Origin: Dictyostelium discoideum
Lineage: Eukaryota
Direction: 5' to 3'
DNA: 64,000 nucleotides
NCBI GenBank assembly: GCA_000004695.1
Contig: CM000151.3
Coordinates: 1,824,001 to 1,888,000, forward strand
The translations under genes and the position numbers were made by a program. How positions within the stretch are numbered: position 1 is the first letter of the stretch; each line of letters starts with the position of its first letter. The notes below the pieces were generated by a model. It was not told the origin of the DNA. It saw only the letters and a program-made list of their open reading frames with translations, and ran no database searches. This document shows, piece after piece, positions 12,471 to 22,157 of this stretch.

Positions 12471-15384
12471 ACTTACCAGTAGGTGGACGTCTGTTCCACC
12501 ACAAACAAGTTTGGAAAGAATTGGGTCTTCCAAACTTTTGTCAAGAGGTCGTAAATGGATTAAAAGTCCATCTACTTCCAAACTTCAAGCCGATGCCAAA
12601 CCCAATTCCGATTTCAATTCCAGAGGGTCCAAAATCAGATTGCATCACAAAGGAAGTACAAGACTTGTTATTAGACGATGCCATCGAACAAGTACTTCCA
12701 AACCGTTATTCAAAGCGCGTTTTTTACTCCAACGTGTTTACGGTTCCAAAACCTGGAACGAATCTACATCGTCCAGTTCTCGATTTAAAAAGGTTAAACA
12801 CTTACATCAACAACCAATCATTCAAGATGGAAGGAATCAAGAATCTACCATCAATGGTCAAACAAGGTTATTACATGGTAAAACTCGATATCAAGAAAGC
12901 TTACCTCCACGTTTTAGTAGATCCGCAATACAGAGACTTATTTCGCTTCGTGTGGAAAGGTTCGCACTACCGTTGGAAAACAATGCCGTTCGGGTTATCG
13001 ACAGCTCCTCGTATCTTTACAATGTTGTTAAGACCTGTACTTCGAATGTTGAGAGATATCAACGTATCCGTCATCGCATACTTGGACGATCTATTAATCG
13101 TCGGTTCAACAAAAGAAGAATGTTTATCCAACCTCAAAAAGACAATGGACTTACTTGTCAAACTAGGTTTCAAGTTAAATCTAGAAAAGAGTGTTCTCGA
13201 ACCAACTCAATCAATTACATTTCTCGGATTACAAATCGATTCGGTATCAATGAAGCTTCTTGTTCCCAAAGAAAAGAAGAAAAGTGTCATCAAGGAAATA
13301 AGAAACTTTTTAAAACTAGATTGTTGCTCCCCAAGAAAGCTTGCTGGTTTAAAAGGAAAGCTAATCGCACTGAAAGATGCAGTCATCCCTTTCAGACTTT
13401 ACACTCGTCGAACAAACAAGTTTCACTCTCAGTGTCTGACTCTAGCCAATGGAGATTGGGATCAATCATTCCCCATTCCTCAAGAGGTCAAGTCAGAGAT
13501 TTCACATTGGTTAACAGTTCTAAACCAATGGAATGGAAAAGAAATCAGTCTGTTTCCAAGTTACGACTATGTTCTTACAACCGATGCCTCGGAATCAGGT
13601 GCAGGTGCCACACTCAAGAAAGGAAACAAGGTAATCAAAACTTGGTCATTCCAGTGGTCAACAACTCAATCAAACATGTCGTCAAATCGTCGAGAAATGC
13701 TCGCGCTGCTAATGGCCTATCAAGCGCTATGTCAGAAACTGAACAACTGCAAGCTGAAGATCCAAACCGACAATACTACCACTCTCTCATACATCAATCG
13801 CCAGGGTGGTCAGATACAAGATCTCTCAGTTCTGTTCGAACAACTTTGGAAACAATGCCTCAAGAAGAAAGTGAACTTGATTGGAGAGCATATTCCAGGA
13901 TTCTTCAATGTAAAAGCCGACCACCTCAGTCGTCTTTCAGAGATGAATCACAAATCATCGACCAGAGTAATCAAGAGTTACATCTGGCAACTGAAGAAGG
14001 AAGTGTTCAATCGCATCCAACTTCAATTCGGTCAAATACAGATGGATCTGTTCGCATCTCACCTCAACCATCAAACGAACAACTACTCAACAATAAGAAT
14101 GAATGCACTCAACCTCGATTGGAGTCAATGGAAGCAATGTCTGGCCTTTCCACCACCCATTCTTTTGCCTTCTATCCTGGAGAAGATGAACTCATCCAGT
14201 TCGAAGAAGGTTTCTATAATACTGATCTTCCCAATCTGGAGATCAGCAACTTGGTATCCGATGATTCAAGCACAAGTTCCTCGTCATCATCGTCACATGT
14301 TTCCTCAAGTACTGGGAACATTCCAAGAAGTATTGACCAAACAATCAGTAGAGTCGATACCAATCCAGATTCAACAACGTTGGAAGCTGGGGATTATTCA
14401 ACTTTCCAATCTCATGTAATGTCCTTCGCTCGTACAACAAATACAAAAACAGCTGAGCTGTTAATGAAGTCATGGGAACCTTCAACTCTCAAAGTATATA
14501 GCTCCAGTTATACAAGATTCCGCAATTTCTGTACTTTGAACTCTTTGAATCCAGCAAACATTACCTTAGTTGTTTTCATGGATTATCTTACACATCTATT
14601 CAAACACAAACCTCCGTTAGCTTTCTCAACTATTAACGGTCATCGATCTATGTTGAATCAGTTGTTACTCCTTAGGAATCAAACTGATATTGTTAATGAT
14701 CCATTCATTACAAGAATTATGACTGGTATTCACAAGTTGCGTCCTTCATCTGCAAAGTATAAAGAGATATGGGATGCAAATCAAGTATTCAAGCACTTAT
14801 CTACTATCAAAGTCATCCCCAAGTACACATACACTGCGCTATTAAACAAGACACTTGTACTCTGTAAAATGTTTGGTTTAGCAAGATCATCAGACTTGGT
14901 GAAGTGGTCGTTCAAAGGTCTCATTATTACTCCTGACTCAATCAAAGGTCCCGTTATTAATGCTAAAGAACAAAGAAGTGGTATTGTTTCAATCTTAGAA
15001 TTAACATCGTTAGATGATACTAACTCTCAAGTGTGCCCTGTTCGCCACCTTGCAACATACCTTAGAGCATCTAAAGGAAGAAGAAAGCCCCATTCGGGTG
15101 ACTCTGTCTTTATTAAGAATGAAGGTGAACCGCTCCAAGTTAATGATATTAATTCAATTGTACTATCAACACTCTCAAAGTCAGGTATTGATATTGTCAA
15201 GTTCAAATCTCACTCTACCCGTTCCGCTATGGCTTCTCTGCTGTTGTCCAATAACGTTCCGTTCCACGTTGTCAAAAAGATGGGTCGTTGGAAATCAAAC
15301 GATACTGTAGATACCTTCTACGATAAAAGAATCATTGGTGAAAAATCTGGTGGTTTCTTAAATACTGTCGTCCAAATTTCATAA
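12283..15384 (+). CDS. DIRS-1 long overlapping ORF (frame 1, 1033 codons). The C-terminal ~330 aa is a tyrosine recombinase (YR)
   Basis: The C-terminal segment from ~14420 onward reads ...MKSWEPSTLKVYSSSYTRFRNFC ... RHLATYL ... HSTRSAMASLLL ... GRWKSNDTVDTFY, which gives an R..H..R..Y catalytic arrangement. The N-terminal ~2.1 kb overlaps the RT ORF in another frame without stops, a known DIRS-1 peculiarity. Confidence 0.75.
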   Translation: MSRNQLTQVVITLQETVVIVNPVVGVMADLTTSMDHQVMLHQVATIPSLPTVPTTVFRRTRSKLTSRWTSVPPQTSLERIGSSKLLSRGRKWIKSPSTSKLQADAKPNSDFNSRGSKIRLHHKGSTRLVIRRCHRTSTSKPLFKARFLLQRVYGSKTWNESTSSSSRFKKVKHLHQQPIIQDGRNQESTINGQTRLLHGKTRYQESLPPRFSRSAIQRLISLRVERFALPLENNAVRVIDSSSYLYNVVKTCTSNVERYQRIRHRILGRSINRRFNKRRMFIQPQKDNGLTCQTRFQVKSRKECSRTNSINYISRITNRFGINEASCSQRKEEKCHQGNKKLFKTRLLLPKKACWFKRKANRTERCSHPFQTLHSSNKQVSLSVSDSSQWRLGSIIPHSSRGQVRDFTLVNSSKPMEWKRNQSVSKLRLCSYNRCLGIRCRCHTQERKQGNQNLVIPVVNNSIKHVVKSSRNARAANGLSSAMSETEQLQAEDPNRQYYHSLIHQSPGWSDTRSLSSVRTTLETMPQEESELDWRAYSRILQCKSRPPQSSFRDESQIIDQSNQELHLATEEGSVQSHPTSIRSNTDGSVRISPQPSNEQLLNNKNECTQPRLESMEAMSGLSTTHSFAFYPGEDELIQFEEGFYNTDLPNLEISNLVSDDSSTSSSSSSSHVSSSTGNIPRSIDQTISRVDTNPDSTTLEAGDYSTFQSHVMSFARTTNTKTAELLMKSWEPSTLKVYSSSYTRFRNFCTLNSLNPANITLVVFMDYLTHLFKHKPPLAFSTINGHRSMLNQLLLLRNQTDIVNDPFITRIMTGIHKLRPSSAKYKEIWDANQVFKHLSTIKVIPKYTYTALLNKTLVLCKMFGLARSSDLVKWSFKGLIITPDSIKGPVINAKEQRSGIVSILELTSLDDTNSQVCPVRHLATYLRASKGRRKPHSGDSVFIKNEGEPLQVNDINSIVLSTLSKSGIDIVKFKSHSTRSAMASLLLSNNVPFHVVKKMGRWKSNDTVDTFYDKRIIGEKSGGFLNTVVQIS
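12521..14419 (+). CDS. DIRS-1 pol: reverse transcriptase plus RNase H (frame 2). The track 'start' is TTG; the frame is open upstream into the end of ORF1
   Basis: RT motifs PQYRDLFRF, YLDDLLIVG and FLGL are present. RNase H motifs are VLTTDASESGAGATL, QTDNTT and NVKADHLSRL. The frame is offset by -1 from ORF1b, which suggests a gag-pol frameshift. Confidence 0.85.
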   Translation: MGLPNFCQEVVNGLKVHLLPNFKPMPNPIPISIPEGPKSDCITKEVQDLLLDDAIEQVLPNRYSKRVFYSNVFTVPKPGTNLHRPVLDLKRLNTYINNQSFKMEGIKNLPSMVKQGYYMVKLDIKKAYLHVLVDPQYRDLFRFVWKGSHYRWKTMPFGLSTAPRIFTMLLRPVLRMLRDINVSVIAYLDDLLIVGSTKEECLSNLKKTMDLLVKLGFKLNLEKSVLEPTQSITFLGLQIDSVSMKLLVPKEKKKSVIKEIRNFLKLDCCSPRKLAGLKGKLIALKDAVIPFRLYTRRTNKFHSQCLTLANGDWDQSFPIPQEVKSEISHWLTVLNQWNGKEISLFPSYDYVLTTDASESGAGATLKKGNKVIKTWSFQWSTTQSNMSSNRREMLALLMAYQALCQKLNNCKLKIQTDNTTTLSYINRQGGQIQDLSVLFEQLWKQCLKKKVNLIGEHIPGFFNVKADHLSRLSEMNHKSSTRVIKSYIWQLKKEVFNRIQLQFGQIQMDLFASHLNHQTNNYSTIRMNALNLDWSQWKQCLAFPPPILLPSILEKMNSSSSKKVSIILIFPIWRSATWYPMIQAQVPRHHRHMFPQVLGTFQEVLTKQSVESIPIQIQQRWKLGIIQLSNLM

Positions 15385-15480
15385 TATATATATATATATG
15401 ATAATATAAATTAAAAATTTAATTTATTAAATTATATTTTATATTAAATATATATATATATATTAGTCCCATCCCACCCG

Positions 15481-15782
15481 CCCTTAGTCGGAATTCCATA
15501 AATCAAATTGTTTTAGTTTTTAGTGCCACTATTTATACGTTTTTATTTTCTTAAAAATTTAGCAAAACTCAAAAAAATAAGAGTTTTCGACCCTTCACAA
15601 CTTTGTGCATAGTGTCGGTTCGGAATTTTTCAGTTTTTCGACCTTGCGCAATGATCGCGTCATTGTGCCGGTTCGAAATTTTTACTTTTCTTTCGAAAAT
15701 TTTTTATTCTTCGAATGTTCTAGAACATTCTAAAAAATTATCTTAAATATTTGGGAAATTCAAATAAATAAATGTTATTCAT
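15481..15782. repeat. DIRS-1 right inverted terminal repeat
   Basis: Mirror of the left ITR. The inner ends diverge slightly (ggaattccgac versus ttgggaattcc). Confidence 0.85.
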
Positions 15783-16650
15783 AATATATATATATATATT
15801 TAATATAAAATATAATTTAATAAATTAAATTTTTAATTTTATTACTTACAATGATAAAATAAAAATAAAAAATTATTATACAAATACAAATATAATACAG
15901 ATAATAATACAGTTATAATAATAAAAAAATAGTTTATTATATAAAGTAAATTATATATAAATTTCTAAGGAAAAAGGGGAATGAAAGGAAAATATTAAAA
16001 AAAAAAAAATAATTTCTTTATAAATAATTTTTTTTTTTTTTACTGGTTAAAAAAAAAAAAAAAATAAATCAAAATAAAAAACAAATAAATAATTATAAAA
16101 TTAGCCATTAAAAATATCTGTCCTCTCCTATTAATTCTATTTTTATTTTTTTTTGTTGCTTCGGAATTATTTCAAAAAAAAAAAATAAAAACAATCGGTT
16201 TCCAACCGAATCTTTTTTTTTTGTGGATTTTTTTTGGATTTTTTTTTATTTTTTTTTATTTTTTTTTAGATTTTTTTGGATTTTTTTTATCCCTTTTTTG
16301 TTAAATAATGTTGTGAAATTTTAAAAATGAACAAAAAATTGCAGATGAAAAGGTTCATTGCGAATAAAATTATTTTGTTTTATTAAATATTTATTGTAAT
16401 TTGTTTGATTGATTATGAACCATCACAACCGAAAATTCTTTTTTTTAAGTTTAAAAAAAAAAATTATGATTATATGGCAGGAAGCCAATCTCAAAAGTTC
16501 TGGATTTTTTTCAAAAAATAATAAATAAGACCTACATTACACAAAAGTTTTTATTTTTAAAATTTTTTTTCTCGAATAAAACAAGTTATACTTTTTTTTT
16601 TTTCTTTTACTTTTTTTTTATTTTAATAATAAAAAAAATTAAGATTAGAA

Positions 16651-16714
<64 letters not shown>

Positions 16715-16794
16715 AAATTACACAAAATTTAACACATTACAAATTTCGGAAATGAGTGGTTATTATTTTTTTCGTTCAAAGCAAAATTTGCAAT

Positions 16795-16826
<32 letters not shown>

Positions 16827-17178
16827 CTGGTTATTTTAAGAATACTTAATATTATAGACAATTTTAATTATTTATTATTATTATTTTTATTATTATTTTT
16901 ATTATTTACTTTTGATAAAATTGGATAATAATAATTTAACCATTATAAAAATAAAAAAAATAAAACAATTGTTAAACCATTTATTTTATTTTTATTTTTT
17001 TTTTTTTTTTATTATTTTTTATTTTTTATTTTTTTTTTTTATTTTTATTTTTATTTTTTTTTATTTAATAAAAATAGTTCTATTTATAAAGTTTAACAAT
17101 TAAAATCAAATAAAGTTAAACAGTGTGGCATTTTTTTATAATTTTTACAATCCATAATTATTTTTAAATTTTTATGAT

Positions 17179-17224
<46 letters not shown>

Positions 17225-17722
17225 TAAATAAATAATAAATAAAAATAAATAAATTAATTTTTATGGTTTTTTAGAAAATTTTACCCAAAAAGTTTACTTT
17301 TATATTCTTTTTTTCACTCTTTAATTTTTTTTTTTTTTTTTTTTTTATTATTCTTCAAGTAGAGATTTTAATTTTTTAAATTATTATTTTATTTGCAAAT
17401 CTTAACTTATGTGAAACAGAATTGAAAGGTTGAAAATGGTAACATCCCAATAGATTATAATTTATCATAGAGAATAAAATTAATTAATAAACATATTATT
17501 TAATATTTTGAATTTTAAATTCAAAAACGATAAACCGGGATTCCAATAAAAATGAATGAGAATATTGGATTTTTTGAAAATAAAAAATCTATAATTTTTT
17601 TTTAAAATGTCAAAAAGTTTACTAAATATTATTTAAATATAAAAAAAGGGAAATAAAAAGAAAATAAATAAATAAATAATTAAAATTTATTAAATACAAA
17701 AAAAAATATATTAAAATAAAAA

Positions 17723-18215
17723 ATGAGTCTTGAACTATCATTAAAAGAATTATTCTTAAATATTCCCAAGTGTTGGGAAACAAAACCAAATAAAACCGAA
17801 TATATGCAATTTTTATATCAAGAAGCAGTGGATATGGGAGTTTGGAGAAAAGATAATGAAATTGATATATTAACACATCATCATGTTACTGATTTATCAA
17901 GATTCTTTTGGCCAAAAGCTGACTTTGAAGGATTAGTATTAGGTGCAGAATTAATGGTTTGGTTTTTTGCATTTGATGAATTATTCGATGGTGGCTTCAT
18001 TGATGATGATGAGGATGAGCAATATACAATACACTGAACTTGAAACAAGTTTTGTTAAATCTTATAAATGTACTGCAGGTTTTAATTCAAATTTAATTCC
18101 AATTGTTGATCACGTAAGAAGTTTATCATATGAAAGTATAAGTTGGTCAGTTCAAACCCCTCGTTATATTAGTCAAACCAATCCTTTTGTTGAGTTAAGA
18201 AGAAATACTAAATAG
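17723..18215 (+). pseudogene. terpene synthase relic: N-terminal ~100 aa fused to C-terminal ~60 aa of a paralog of the TPS gene at 20774..21823, with an internal ~230-codon deletion, a frame break and a mutated DDxxD motif
   Basis: MSLELSLKELFLNIPKCWETKPNKTEYMQFLYQEAVDMGVWRKDNEIDILTHHHVTDLSRFFWPKADFEGLVLGAELMVWFFAFDELFDGGFIDDDEDEQY aligns with residues 1-100 of the intact gene. ...TELETSFVKSYK...SWSVQTPRYISQTNPFVELRRNTK aligns with its C-terminus. The two pieces lie in different frames. The motif is DELFD instead of DDLFD. Confidence 0.75.
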
Positions 18216-18420
18216 TTACTAATATTTGTAAATTAAAATAAAATATTAATATAAATCTAATATTAATTTTTAAAAAACTATCAATTTATGTTTTATCTAA
18301 TTGAATTCCATATATTTATTTTATTTTATTTTATTTTTTAAATTATTATAAATTATTATTATTATTATATAAATTATTTTTAAATTATTATATATAATAA
18401 TTTAAAAAAAAAATATATAA

Positions 18421-20193
18421 TTAATTTCTTGAAATTAATTTAATTGAGAATGGTATTGGGTGTATGGAAATACCTGAAACTTCTATATCTTTTAATTGCA
18501 TTCCATCAATGGACTTAATTTGAAAATTTAAAATAATATTTGCACAAACACTAAATAAATTTAATTCAGCAATTGATATACCTACACAATTTCTTGGACC
18601 AGTGGAAAAAGGTAAACAAACCCTATCAAGATCATTGAAATAATTATTATTTTGTATTGGTTGTGGTTGTTGTTGCTGTTGCTGTTGCTGTTGCTTTTGA
18701 TTATAATAATTTATCCATCTATCTGGATTAAATACATTTGGTTCATCAACATATAGATGACTCATACCAAATGCATTTGAAAGTATTTGAGTACCTTTTT
18801 CTATAAAAAAACCATTAATTTCACAATTTTGAGTTGCAATTCTTGGAACTGATAATGGAAGTGGTGTTCTTATTCTTAAAACTTCTTTAATAACATTAAT
18901 TAAATATTGACAATTATCTCTTTCTTTTAAAGATATAAACTTTATTTTACTTTCATTATTATTATCGCCCAATACAGAAATTAATTCATTATAACATTTC
19001 TCTTGAATGGCTGGATTATTAATTAAATATAAACATACCCATTCAAGTGTTGCTGCAACTGTATCATCACCAGCAAAAACAAAACTCATACAACCTTTAA
19101 TAATACTAATTTTCTTTTCTTCTAAAGTTGTATTTGGTGAATTTGTAAATTCATATTCAATGAAATAGTCCATTAAATCTCTAGGATTTGATTTATCAAA
19201 TTTTAATAAATGTTGATCATAAATTTCTTCCATAAATTTGAAAACTTTACTAGCACTATTATTTAATTTTTTATATTCATTTTTAAAAAATGGTCTTAAA
19301 ATTTTAATAAAATCACTAATATTACCAGTTCCTAATAATAAAAATACTTGTTGAATTGGTTCTGTTAATTTTGTAATTGGATCATTATCAATATTATTAT
19401 CATTAATATTAATTTGTTTTTCATCATTATCTTGTTTAAACATTATTCCTAAAACAATACTAATTGAAAATTTACCAAAATATTTTTTAGATTTAAACTA
19501 ATAATTATCAAAAAAAAAAAAAACAATTAGCACTATATTAATATATTTTAAAAACTTTAGTTTAATAACTATAAATATTCTAATACTTACTGGTTCATTT
19601 ATTTTTGAATGAGTTCTCATTGAATTAATTAAAATTTTAGTTTGATTTTCAATAACTTCTTTATAGTTTGATATTATTTTTGTTTTTGTAATTGATGATG
19701 AAACTATTTTTCTAATTACCGGCCACTTTTCATTATAATCAATAAATATTAAATTTACACCTCCACCAGTAAATGATTCAAAGCTTTTTAATCTTGGTCT
19801 ATCTGAAAAATTTGTAAATTGTTTAACCATAATTTCTTTATTTATTGATGGGTCTGTTACAATTACAGTTTTAATATCACCAAGCCATAATGAGAATATT
19901 CCTCCATTTTTTTCTACCAATTTTGTTAAATTTCTATGTGGATTAACTCCAAGTTTATAAAGATGTCCAATTATTGGCAAAGCATATGATAAAGTTGGTA
20001 CATCATACTTTTTAACTTTATTTTTCTTTATCTATTATTAAAAATAAAATAAAATTTTTAGTTTATTATAAATTTTTTAAAAAAAAATAATAAAAATATT
20101 AAATAATACAAAATAATTAAATATAATTATATTTACAAAATCAAAAATTAAAAAACAAACTAAAAAATAAAAAATTAATAATAATATATTCAT
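18421..20193 (-). CDS. cytochrome P450 monooxygenase, 3 exons: 20193..20137 (19-aa hydrophobic anchor MNILLLIFYFLVCFLIFDF), 20031..19591, 19497..18421 (~524 aa)
   Basis: The heme-binding loop is FSTGPRNCVGISIAE (F..G.R.C.G). The I-helix motif is AGDDTVAATLEW. The ExxR motif is EVLRIRTP. The N-terminal region reads ALPIIGHLYKL. Donors are GTAAAT at 20136 and GTAAGT at 19590, acceptors at 20032 and 19498, all exons are phase 0 and the introns are AT-rich (~105 and ~93 bp). Confidence 0.85.
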
Positions 20194-20773
20194 TAGTTAT
20201 TTTTAAATGCATAAATAATTAAAATGAATATTATTATTTTTTTTTTTTCTATTCTTTTTATATGATAAAATTATTTATTTTTTTTTTTTTTTTTTACAAA
20301 AAATTAAAATATAATAAAAAATCAGTTGAAATACATTCATCAAATAAATAATTTATAAATAAAACTAGCATTAATAAATTATTTCTACCAATTCTGACAC
20401 CCAGAAAATAATCTTTTTTTTTTTTTTCTTCAATTAAACTTGTTCATTAAAAATTTTTAAAAAATAAATGGGGGTTATTGTAAAAGTGGTATTAAAAAAA
20501 AAATTATTTTTTTTTTTTTTAAAAAAACAATCTCTTAATATTATTTTCTTGTCACCCAAGAGTGTTGATTTAAATTTATGGAAAACATGATTACAAAAAA
20601 GAATTTATATTATTCTAAAAAATATCAAGATTAACAGATAAAAAAAAAAAAAAAAAAAAAAACTGACCAAACTAAAAATATGAAATTAAAATAAATAATA
20701 TTAAAATTTGAATATTTAAATAGAAAATAATAATGATTTATTTAAATTATTCTTAAAAAATCAAGTGAAAAAA

Positions 20774-21823
20774 ATGGATATTAAAAATCTATCATTAAAA
20801 GATATAAAATTCCCTAAAAGTTGGGAAACAAAACCAAGTAAAATTGAATACATGCAATTTGTTTATCAAGAAGCAATTGATATGAAAGTTTGGAGAAAAG
20901 ATAATGAAATTGATATATTAACACACCACCATGTTACTGATTTATCAAGATTCTTTTGGCCAAATGCTGACTTTGAAGGATTGGTATTAGGTGCAGAATT
21001 AATGGTTTGGTTCTTTGCATTCGATGATTTATTCGATGGTGGTTTTATTGATGATAATGAAAATGAACAATATAGACTAGTGAATAGAATGAATAAAGTA
21101 TTCTTGGAAGGCACCATTGAGGATGACTCAACTGGTGCAGAGAGAATGGGGTATTATTTAAGAAATAAAGTTAGAGCAATATGTGGAGAGAAAAGACAAT
21201 CAACATTCCACCGTTTCAATAGCTCCTGCGTTCAATGGGTAGATTCAATAATACCATTTATTAAATTAAAAAGAAATCAAAAATCATTAGATTTCAATCT
21301 ATACATTCATCATAGAAAATTCAATATTGGTGCAATACCTTGTTTTTTGGTATCTGAAATCATTCTTGACCCAATGTCAAATATTGAATGTTTTATTTGG
21401 TTAGATTCAAGATGGATTAAAATGTCTGAAATCATTTGTGAAATAATTGCACTTGTAAATGATTGTGTATCCTATGAGAAGGAAATCAAAGAGAATGGTG
21501 CACCTTTAAATTCTCTAAAATTTATTCAAATTGAAAAGAATTTAAATTTACAAGAATCATTTGAATATATTTCAAATTATTTAAATGAACTAATTAACCA
21601 ATACATTGAACTTGAAACTAGTTTTATTAAATCCTATAAACCTATAACATCCAATTACAATTCAAACTTTATTGCAATAGTTGAACACTTACATAATATG
21701 TCATTTGCCAATGTTTCTTGGTCTACTCAAACTCCACGTTACCTTAGTCAAACACAACCATTTCTTGAATTAAGAAGAAATAAAAAAATTATTACAAAAA
21801 TTTATGATTTAAAAAATAAATAA
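20774..21823 (+). CDS. class I terpene synthase (Dictyostelium TPS family), 349 aa, unspliced
   Basis: The DDxxD motif is FFAFDDLFDGG. The NSE/DTE motif is LVNDCVSYEKEIKE (ND..S...E). The real ATG is at 20774; the track start at 20765 is GTG. The gene is divergent from the P450 gene, with a shared 5' intergenic region of ~580 bp. Confidence 0.85.
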   Translation: MDIKNLSLKDIKFPKSWETKPSKIEYMQFVYQEAIDMKVWRKDNEIDILTHHHVTDLSRFFWPNADFEGLVLGAELMVWFFAFDDLFDGGFIDDNENEQYRLVNRMNKVFLEGTIEDDSTGAERMGYYLRNKVRAICGEKRQSTFHRFNSSCVQWVDSIIPFIKLKRNQKSLDFNLYIHHRKFNIGAIPCFLVSEIILDPMSNIECFIWLDSRWIKMSEIICEIIALVNDCVSYEKEIKENGAPLNSLKFIQIEKNLNLQESFEYISNYLNELINQYIELETSFIKSYKPITSNYNSNFIAIVEHLHNMSFANVSWSTQTPRYLSQTQPFLELRRNKKIITKIYDLKNK

Positions 21824-22157
21824 AAAAAATAAAAAATTAAAAAAAAAATGAAAAAAATAAAAAATAAAAATATCTTTTTTTTTTTTTTCAAAATGAAAAT
21901 AAAAAAAAATAAAAATAAATAAAAATTTAGATTTTTTTTATAAAAAAAAAATTAATTAATTATTTTTTTTTTTTTTTTATTTTATTTTTTTCATTTCACT
22001 TTTCGTCTCATATTTTTTTTTTTATTATTTTTTTTTTTTTTACAATTACTATTTCAAATATTAAAAAAAAATAAATATAAATAATATTAATTTGTATTAC
22101 TAACTATCATTTCAATATTAATAATATACCAATAAAATAAAAAATAAAATAAAAACA

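Larger units (their letters stand above)
11043..15782 (+). mobile_element. DIRS-1 tyrosine-recombinase retrotransposon, apparently full length (~4.75 kb) with inverted terminal repeats
   Basis: ~300-bp inverted terminal repeats (11043..11340 versus 15481..15782) flank a gag-like ORF, an RT/RNase H ORF (YLDDLLIVG; TDASESGAGATL; ADHLSRL) and an overlapping long ORF whose C-terminus has tyrosine-recombinase motifs (HSTRSAMAS ... GRWKSNDTVDTFY). Size and architecture match DIRS-1. Both ends abut (AT)n. Confidence 0.9.

Noticed and set aside
12967-13173. Minus-strand 68-aa ORF inside DIRS-1
   Set aside because: It is antisense to the RT coding region and has no support.
17967-18215. 82-aa ORF as an independent gene
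   Set aside because: It is the C-terminal remnant of the deleted TPS copy, homologous to the last 60 residues of 20774..21823, and not a stand-alone gene.
20765-20773. Track start MKK for the terpene synthase
   Set aside because: The first codon is GTG. The real initiator is the ATG at 20774 (MDIKNLSL...), consistent with the paralogous relic (MSLELSL...).
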